A stretch of DNA of 64,000 nt from Tubulanus polymorphus (lineage: Eukaryota; Animalia; Nemertea). The stretch lies in assembly GCF_964204645.1 (NCBI RefSeq), contig NC_134025.1:31886788-31950787 (forward strand), read 5' to 3'. The translations under genes were made by a program, and so were the position numbers. A model generated the notes under the pieces. The model saw only the letters and a program-made list of their open reading frames with translations. It did not search any database and had not been told where the DNA came from. This document shows, piece after piece, positions 54,801-64,000 of this stretch (its first letter is position 1; each line of letters begins with the position of its first letter).

Positions 54801-57800
54801 TTCAAATAGATAGGTGGAAAGAATCAGAATTTTCTGGCTGCCTTTGGTTCTGAAGATGATGGACTCAATCTGAAAAGATGGGCTAAGGCGTATGGAACTG
54901 ATTTCAAATGGATAGGTGGAAAGATTAAGAATTTTCTGGCTATTTATGCTCCTGAAGATAATGGACTCGATCTGAAATGATAGGTTAAGGTAAACTGAAC
55001 TGATTTCGAGTAGATGGACTGAAAGATACAGATTTTTCTTGCAAAATAGGGTCCTAAAGATGATGAATTCTATCTTAATTGTTGGGTTAGGGTGTACTGA
55101 ATTGATGTTCAATAGATTGGTTGAAAGATTCAGAATTTTCTGACTACTTATACTTCTGAAGTTGATTGAAACAATCTGAAAAGATGGGTTAAGGCGTATT
55201 GAACTGATTTCAAATAGATAGGTGGAAAGATTAAGAATTTTCTGGCTATTTATGCTCCTGAAGATGATGGACTCGATCTGAAATGATAGGTTAAGGTAAA
55301 CTGAACTGATTTGGAGAAGATGGACTGAAAGATACAGATTTTTCTTGCAAAATAGGGTCCTAAAGATGATGAGTTCTATCTTAATTGATGGGTTAGGGTG
55401 TACTGAACTGATTTCAAATAGATAGGTGGAAAGATTAAGAATTTTCTGGCTATTTATGCTCCTGAAGATGATGGACTCGATCTGAAACGTTAGGTTAAGG
55501 TAAACTGAACTGATTTCGTGTAGATGGACTGAAAGATACAGATTTTTCTTGCAAAATAGGGTCCTAAAGATGATGAATTCTATCTTAATTGATGGGTTAG
55601 GGTGTACTGAACTGATTTCAAATAGATAGGTTGAAAGAATCAGAATTTTCTGGCTGCTTTTGGTTCTGAAGATGATGGATTCAACCTGAAAAGATGTGTT
55701 AAGGCGTATTGAACTGATTTCAAATAGATAGGTGGAAAGATTCAGAATCTTCTGGGTACTTATGCTCCTGAAGATGATGGACTCGATCTGAAATGATAGG
55801 TTAAGGCAAACTGAACTGATTTCGAGTAGATGGACTGAAAGATACAGATTTTTCTTGCAAAATAGGGTCCTAAAGATGATGAGTTCTATCTTAATTGATG
55901 GGTTAGGGTGTACTGAACTGATTTCAAATAGATAGGTTGAAAGAATCAGAATTTTCTGGCTGCTTTTGGTTCTGAAGATGATGGATTCAATTTGAAAAGA
56001 TGTGTTAAGGCGTATTGAACTGATTTCAAATAGATAGGTGGAAAGATTAAGAATTTTCTGGCTATTTATGCTCCTGAGGATGATGCACTCGATCTGAAAT
56101 GATAGGTTAAGGTAGACTGAACTGATTTCGAGTAGATGGACTGAAAGATACAGATTTTTCTTGCAAAATAGGGTCCTAAAGATGATGAGTTCTATCTTAA
56201 TTGATGGGTTAGGGTGTACTGAACTGATTTCAAATAGATAGGTTGAAAGAATCAGAATTTTCTGGCTGCTTTTGGTTCTGAAGATGATGGATTCAATCTG
56301 AAAAGATGTGTTAAGGCGTATTGAACTGATTTCAAATAGATAGGTGGAAAGATTAAGAATTTTCTGGCTATTTATGCTCCTGAAGATGATGGACTCGATC
56401 TGAAATGATAGGTTAAGGTAAACTGAACTGATTTCGAGAAGATGGACTGAAAGATACAGATTTTTCTTGCAAAATAGGGTCCTAAAGATGATGAGTTCTA
56501 TCTTAATTGATGGGTTAGGGTGTACTGAACTGATTTCAAATAGATAGGTTGAAAGAATCAGAATTTTCTGGCTGCTTTTGGTTCTGAAGATGATGGATTC
56601 AATCTGAAAAGATGTGTTAAGGCGTATTGAACTGATTTCAAATAGATAGGTGGAAAGATTAAGAATTTTCTGGCTATTTATGCTCCTGAAGATGATGGAC
56701 TCGATCTGAAATGATATGTTAAGGTAAACTGAACTGATTTGGAGAAGATGGACTGAAAGATACAGATTTTTCTTGCAAAATAGGGTCCTAAAGATGATGA
56801 ATTCTATCTTAATTGTTGGGTTAGGGTGTACTGAACTGATGTTCAATAGATTGGTTGAAAGATTCAGAATTTTCTGACTACTTTTACTTCTGAAGTTGAT
56901 TGATTCAATCTGAAAAGATGGGTTTAGGCGTATTGAACTGATTTCAAATAGATGGGTGGAAAGATTAAGAATTTTCTGGCTATTTATGCTCCTGAAGATG
57001 ATGGACTCCATCTGAAATGATAGGTTAAGGTAAACTGAACTGATTCCGAGTAGATGGGATGTAAGATACAGATGTTTGTTGCAAATTAGGGTCCTAAAGA
57101 TGATGAATTCTATCTTAATTAATGGGTTAGGGTGTAATGAACTGATGTCAAATAGATAGGTTGAAAGAATCAGAATTTTCTGGCTGCTTTTGGTTCTGAA
57201 GATGATGGATTCAATCTGAAAAGATGGGTTTAGGCGAATTGAACTGATTTCAAATAGATAGGTGGAAAGATTCAGAATTTTCTGGCTATTTATGCTCCTG
57301 AAGATGATGGACTCGATCTGAAACGATAGGTTAAGGTAAACTGAACTGATTTCGAGTAGATGGACTGAAAGATACAGATTTTTCTTGCAAAATAGGGTCC
57401 TAAAGATGATGAATTCTATCTTAATTGATGGGTTAGGGTGTACTGAACTGATTTCAAATAGATAGGTTGAAAGAATCAGAATTTTCTGGCTGCTTTTGGT
57501 TCTGAAGATGATGGATTCAATCTGAAAAGATGTGTTAAGGCGTATTGAACTGATTTCAAATAGATAGGTGGAAAGATTTAGCATTTTCTGGGTACTGATG
57601 CTCCTGAAGATGATGGACTCGATCTGAAATGATAGGTTAAGGTAAACTGAACTGATTTCGAGTAGATGGACTGAAAGATACATATTTTTCTTGCAAAGTA
57701 GGGTCCTAAAGATGATAAGTTCTATCTTAATTGATTGGTTAGGGTGTACTGAACTGATTTCAAATAGATAGGTGGAAAGATTAAGAATTTTCTGGCTATT

Positions 57801-60800
57801 TATGCTCCTGAAGATGATGGACTCGATCTGAAACGATAGGTTAAGGTAAACTGAACTGATTTCGTGTAGATTGACTGAAAGATACAGATTTTTCTTGCAA
57901 AATAGGGTCCTAAAGATGATGAATTCTATCTTAATTGATGGGTTAGGGTGTACTGAACTGATTTCAAATAGATAGGTTGAAAGAATCAGAATTTTCTGGC
58001 TGCTTTTTGTTCTGAAGATGATGGATTCAACCTGAAAAGATGTGTTAAGGCGTATTGAACTGATTTCAAATAGATAGGTGGAAAGATTCAGAATTTTCTG
58101 GGTACTTATGCTCCTGAAGATGATGGACTCGATCTGAAATGATAGGTTAAGGTAAACTGAACTGATTTCGAGTAGATGGACTGAAAGATACAGATTTTTC
58201 TTGCAAAATAGGGTCCTAAAGATGATGAATTCTATCTTAATTGATGGGTTAGGGTGAAATGAACTGATTTCAAATAGATAGGTGGAAAGAATCAGAATTT
58301 TCTGGCTGCCTTTGGTTCTGAAGATGATGGACTCAATCTGAAAAGATGGGCTAAGGCGTATGGAACTGATTTCAAATAGATAGGTGGAAAGATTAAGAAT
58401 TTTCTGGCTATTTATGCTCCTGAAGATGATGGACTCGATCTGAAATGATAGGTTAAGGTAAACTGAACTGATTTCGAGTAGATGGACTGAAAGATACAGA
58501 TTTTTCTTGCAAAATAGGGTCCTAAAGATGATGAATTCTATCTTAATTGTTGGGTTAGGGTGTACTGAACTGATGTTCAATAGATTGGTTGAAAGATTCA
58601 GAATTTTCTGACTACTTATACTTCTGAAGTTGATTGAAACAATCTGAAAAGATGGGTTAAGGCGTATTGAACTGATTTCAAATAGATAGGTGGAAAGATT
58701 AAGAATTTTCTGGCTATTTATGCTCCTGAAGATGATGGACTCGATCTAAAATGATAGGTTAAGGTAAACTGAACTGATTTGGAGAAGATGGACTGAAAGA
58801 TACAGATTTTTCTTGCAAAATAGGGTCCTAAAGATGATGAGTTCTATCTTAATTGATGGGTTAGGGTGTACTGAACTGATTTCAAATAGATAGGTGGAAA
58901 GATTAAGAATTTTCTGGCTATTTATGCTCCTGAAGATGATGGACTCGATCTGAAATGATAGGTTAAGGTAAACTGAACTGATTTCGAGTAGATGGACTGA
59001 AAGATACAGATTTTTCTTGCAAAATAGGGTCCTAAAGATGATGAATTCTATCTTAATTGATGGGTTAGGGTGTACTGAACTGATTTCAAATAGATAGGTT
59101 GAAAGAATCAGAATTTTCTGGCTGCTTTTGGTTCTGAAGATGATGGATTCAATCTGAAAAGATGTGTTAAGGCGTATTGAACTGATTTCAAATAGATAGG
59201 TGGAAAGATTTAGCATTTTCTGGGTACTGATGCTCCTGAAGATGATGGACTCGATCTGAAATGATAGGTTAAGGTAAACTGAACTGATTTCGAGTAGATG
59301 GACTGAAAGATACATATTTTTCTTGCAAAGTAGGGTCCTAAAGATGATAAGTTCTATCTTAATTGATTGGTTAGGGTGTACTGAACTGATTTCAAATAGA
59401 TAGGTGGAAAGATTAAGAATTTTCTGGCTATTTATGCTCCTGAAGATGATGGACTCGATCTGAAACGATAGGTTAAGGTAAACTGAACTGATTTCGTGTA
59501 GATTGACTGAAAGATACAGATTTTTCTTGCAAAATAGGGTCCTAAAGATGATGAATTCTATCTTAATTGATGGGTTAGGGTGTACTGAACTGATTTCAAA
59601 TAGATAGGTTGAAAGAATCAGAATTTTCTGGCTGCTTTTGGTTCTGAAGATGATGGATTCAACCTGAAAAGATGTGTTAAGGCGTATTGAACTGATTTCA
59701 AATAGATAGGTGGAAAGATTCAGAATCTTCTGGGTACTTATGCTCCTGAAGATGATGGACTCGATCTGAAATGATAGGTTAAGGCAAACTGAACTGATTT
59801 CGAGTAGATGGACTGAAAGATACAGATTTTTCTTGCAAAATAGGGTCCTAAAGATGATGAGTTCTATCTTAATTGATGGGTTAGGGTGTACTGAACTGAT
59901 TTCAAATAGATAGGTTGAAAGAATCAGAATTTTCTGGCTGCTTTTGGTTCTGAAGATGATGGATTCGATTTGAAAAGATGTGTTAAGGCGTATTGAACTG
60001 ATTTCAAATAGATAGGTGGAAAGATTCAGAATTTTCTGGGTACTTATGCTCCTGAAGATGATGGACTCGATCTGAAATGATAGGTTAAGGTAAACTGAAC
60101 GGATTTCGAGTAGATGGACTGAAAGATACAGATTTTTCTTGCAAAATAGGGTCCTAAAGATGATGAATTCTATCTTAATTGATGGGTTAGGGTGAAATGA
60201 ACTGATTTCAAATAGATAGGTGGAAAGAATCAGAATTTTCTGGCTGCCTTTGGTTCTGAAGATGATGGACTCAATCTGAAAAGATGGGCTAAGGCGTATG
60301 GAACTGATTTCAAATAGATAGGTGGAAAGATTAAGAATTTTCTGGCTATTTATGCTCCTGAAGATGATGGACTCGATCTGAAATGATAGGTTAAGGTAAA
60401 CTGAACTGATTTCGAGTAGATGGACTGAAAGATACAGATTTTTCTTGCAAAATAGGGTCCTAAAGATGATGAATTCTATCTTAATTGTTGGGTTAGGGTG
60501 TACTGAACTGATGTTCAATAGATTGGTTGAAAGATTCAGAATTTTCTGACTACTTATACTTCTGAAGTTGATTGAAACAATCTGAAAAGATGGGTTAAGG
60601 CGTATTGAACTGATTTCAAATAGATAGGTGGAAAGATTAAGAATTTTCTGGCTATTTATGCTCCTGAAGATGATGGACTCGATCTAAAATGATAGGTTAA
60701 GGTAAACTGAACTGATTTGGAGAAGATGGACTGAAAGATACAGATTTTTCTTGCAAAATAGGGTCCTAAAGATGATGAGTTCTATCTTAATTGATGGGTT

Positions 60801-63633
60801 AGGGTGTACTGAACTGATTTCAAATAGATAGGTGGAAAGATTAAGAATTTTCTGGCTATTTATGCTCCTGAAGATGATGGACTCGATCTGAAACGTTAGG
60901 TTAAGGTAAACTGAACTGATTTCGTGTAGATGGACTGAAAGATACAGATTTTTCTTGCAAAATAGGGTCCTAAAGATGATGAATTCTATCTTAATTGATG
61001 GGTTAGGGTGTACTGAACTGATTTCAAATAGATAGGTTGAAAGAATCAGAATTTTCTGGCTGCTTTTGGTTCTGAAGATGATGGATTCAACCTGAAAAGA
61101 TGTGTTAAGGCGTATTGAACTGATTTCAAATAGATAGGTGGAAAGATTCAGAATCTTCTGGGTACTTATGCTCCTGAAGATGATGGACTCGATCTGAAAT
61201 GATAGGTTAAGGCAAACTGAACTGATTTCGAGTAGATGGACTGAAAGATACAGATTTTTCTTGCAAAATAGGGTCCTAAAGATGATGAGTTCTATCTTAA
61301 TTGATGGGTTAGGGTGTACTGAACTGATTTCAAATAGATAGGTTGAAAGAATCAGAATTTTCTGGCTGCTTTTGGTTCTGAAGATGATGGATTCAATTTG
61401 AAAAGATGTGTTAAGGCGTATTGAACTGATTTCAAATAGATAGGTGGAAAGATTAAGAATTTTCTGGCTATTTATGCTCCTGAAGATGATGGACTCGATC
61501 TGAAATGATAGGTTAAGGTAAACTGAACTGATTTCGAGTAGATGGACTGAAAGATACAGATTTTTCTTGCAAAATAGGGTCCTAAAGATGATGAGTTCTA
61601 TCTTAATTGATGGGTTAGGGTGCACTGAACTGATTTCAAATAGAAAGGTGGAAAGATTAGGAATTTTCTGGTTATTTATGCTCCTGAAGATGATGGACTC
61701 GATCTGAAATGATAGGTTAAGGTCAACTGAACTGATTTCGAGCAGATGGACTGAAAGATACAGATTTTTCTTGCAAAATAGAGTCCTAAAGATGACGAAT
61801 TCTATCTTAATTGATGGGTTAGGGTGAACTGAACTGATTTCAAATAGATAGGTGGAAAGAATCAGAATTTTCTGGCTTCCTTTGGTTCTGAAGATGATGG
61901 ACTCAATCTGAAAAGATTGGCTAAGGCGTATTGAACTGATTTCAAATAGATAGTTGGAAAGATTAAGAATTTTCTGGCTATTTATGCTCCTGAAGATGAT
62001 GGACTCGATCTTAAATGATAGGTTAAGGTAAACTGAACTGATTTCGAGTAGATGGACTGAAAGATACAGATTTATCTTGCAAAATAGGGTCCTAAAGATG
62101 ATGAATTCTATCTTAATTGTTGGGTTAGGGTGTACTGAACTGATGTTCAATAGATTGGTTGAAAGATTCAGAATTTTCTGACTACTTATACTTCTGAAGT
62201 TGATTGATTCAATCTGAAAAGATGGGTTAAGGCGTATTGAACGGATTTCAAATAGATGGGTGGAAAGATTAAGAATTTTCTGGCTATTTATGCTCCTGAA
62301 GATGATGGACTCGATCTGAAATGATAGGTTAAGGTAAACTGAACTGATTCCGAGTAGATGGGATGTAAGATACAGATTTTTGTTGCAAATTAGGGTCCTA
62401 AAGATGATGAATTCTATCTTAATTAATGGGTTAGGGTGTAATGAACTGATGTCCAATAGATAGGTTGAAAGAATCAGAATTTTCTGGCTGCTTTTGGTTC
62501 TGAAGATGATGGATTCAATCTGAAAAGATGGGTTTAGGCGAATTGAACTGATTTCAAATAGATAGGTGGAAAGATTCAGAATTTTCTGGCTATTTATGCT
62601 CCTGAAGATGATGGACTCGATCTGAAACGATAGGTTAAGGTAAACTGAACTGATTTCGAGTAGATGGACTGAAAGATACAGATTTTTCTTGCAAAATAGG
62701 GTCCTAAAGATGATGAATTCTATCTTGATTGATGGGTTAGGGTGTACTGAACTGATTTCAAATAGATAGGTTGAAAGAATCAGAATTTTCTGGCTGCTTT
62801 TGGTTCTGAAGATGATGGATTCAATCTGAAAAGATGTGTTAAGGCGTATTGAACTGATTTCAAATAGATAGGTGGAAAGATTTAGCTTTTTCTGGGTACT
62901 GATGCTCCTGAAGATGATGGACTCGATCTGAAATGATAGGTTAAGGTAAACTGAACTGATTTCGAGTAGATGGACTGAAAGATACATATTTTTCTTGCAA
63001 AGTAGGGTCCTAAAGATGATAAGTTCTATCTTAATTGATTGGTTAGGGTGTACTGAACTGATTTCAAATAGATAGGTGGAAAGATTAAGAATTTTCTGGC
63101 TATTTATGCTCCTGAAGATGATGGACTCGATCTGAAACGATAGGTTAAGGTAAACTGAACTGATTTCGTGTAGATTGACTGAAAGATACAGATTTTTCTT
63201 GCAAAATAGGGTCCTAAAGATGATGAATTCTATCTTAATTGATGGGTTAGGGTGTACTGAACTGATTTCAAATAGATAGGTTGAAAGAATCAGAATTTTC
63301 TGGCTGCTTTTGGTTCTGAAGATGATGGATTCAACCTGAAAAGATGTGTTAAGGCGTATTGAACTGATTTCAAATAGATAGGTGGAAAGATTCAGAATCT
63401 TCTGGGTACTTATGCTCCTGAAGATGATGGACTCGATCTGAAATGATAGGTTAAGGCAAACTGAACTGATTTCGAGTAGATGGACTGAAAGATACAGATT
63501 TTTCTTGCAAAATAGGGTCCTAAAGATGATGAGTTCTATCTTAATTGATGGGTTAGGGTGTACTGAACTGATTTCAAATAGATAGGTTGAAAGAATCAGA
63601 ATTTTCTGGCTGCTTTTGGTTCTGAAGATGATG
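38930..63633. repeat. Large tandem block duplication (~38.9-52.5 kb vs ~52.5-63.6 kb) with offsets 13566 -> 12240 -> 11118 bp
   Basis: +13566: TGGCTTTTTATGCTCCTGATG 39025/52591, TCTTTC 41161/54727, GATATGTT 43147/56713. +12240: CTTTTACTT 44641/56881. +11118: GCTTTTTGT 46884/58002, stop variants 47628/58746 and 49566/60684, GATTTATCTT 50951/62069. Confidence 0.88.
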
Positions 63634-64000
63634 GATTCAACCTGAAAAGATGTGTTAAGGCGTATTGAACTGATTTCAAATAGATAGGTGGAAAGATTCA
63701 GAATCTTCTGGGTACTTATGCTCCTGAAGATGATGGACTCGATCTGAAATGATAGGTTAAGGCAAACTGAACTGATTTCGAGTAGATGGACTGAAAGATA
63801 CAGATTTTTCTTGCAAAATAGGGTCCTAAAGATGATGAGTTCTATCTTAATTGATGGGTTAGGGTGTACTGAACTGATTTCAAATAGATAGGTGGAAAGA
63901 ATCAGAATTTTCTGGCTGCCTTTGGTTCTGAAGATGATGGACTCAATCTGAAAAGATTGGCTAAGGCGTATTGAACTGATTTCAAATAGATAGTTGGAAA
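45957..64000 (-). other. Continuation of the same stop-free minus frame, cut only by point nonsense variants (ORFs of 501, 590, 3004, 590 and 767 aa)
   Basis: All these ORFs share the frame of 27120..45893. Breaks are AAA->TAA at 45957 and one CAG->TAG allele copied to 47628, 49566, 58746 and 60684. Confidence 0.8.

Larger units (their letters stand above)
1..64000. repeat. Tandem satellite array: 102-bp monomers organised as a 306-bp (C-B-A) higher-order repeat, about 627 monomers, running off both window edges
   Basis: The anchor motif GAACTGAT recurs at 8, 110, 212, 314, 518 ... 18674 (=8+183x102) ... 63973. Every third monomer is near-identical. All copies have the same orientation and no non-repeat sequence was seen. 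Confidence 0.98.

Noticed and set aside
1-64000. TALE-like repeat array (TALE repeats are also 102 bp / 34 aa)
   Set aside because: The frames I translated show no LTPxQVVAIAS...GGKQAL consensus or localised RVD hypervariability. The sequence is AT-rich and the array is far longer than TALE arrays.
1-64000. TPR, ankyrin, PPR or LRR solenoid protein
   Set aside because: The open frame almost lacks Ala, Gly and Trp, which TPR, ankyrin and PPR consensuses need. There is no LxxLxLxxN pattern at proper spacing and no capping domains.
1-64000. CRISPR array or other repeat-spacer system
   Set aside because: Sequence between the conserved motifs is itself repeated and homologous. There are no unique spacers, leader or cas genes.
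1-64000. Transposon, rRNA/tRNA or other embedded gene
   Set aside because: Register arithmetic accounts for the whole window with monomers plus five small indels, leaving no room for an insertion. No RNA-gene motif was recognised in the monomer.
1-64000. Wholly artefactual (collapsed or synthetic) repeat
   Set aside because: Hierarchically shared variants and copy-specific SNPs indicate a real evolutionary history, though individual block copy numbers still need read validation.

Overview
The whole 64-kb window is one head-to-tail tandem array of about 627 copies of a 102-bp monomer. It is about 35% GC, with G roughly twice C on the + strand, and I found no unique sequence, inversion or insertion. 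Three diverged monomer types (C, B, A; about 75-83% identical to each other) form a 306-bp C-B-A higher-order repeat, with 204-bp C-B dimers, a diverged A' subtype and hybrid monomers mixed in. Shared private variants show nested block duplications at offsets that are nearly all exact multiples of 102 (1122, 1938, 5304, 6120-6630, 11118-13566 bp). Only five indel events break the 102-bp register, all between 18.68 and 27.16 kb. The best reading is a eukaryotic, possibly (peri)centromeric, satellite with higher-order structure. The giant minus-strand ORFs (up to 6257 aa) follow from a 34-codon monomer that is stop-free in one frame. By-eye analysis shows no convincing coding selection, but a coding origin or a non-standard-code reading is not excluded. 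The organism cannot be identified from the sequence.
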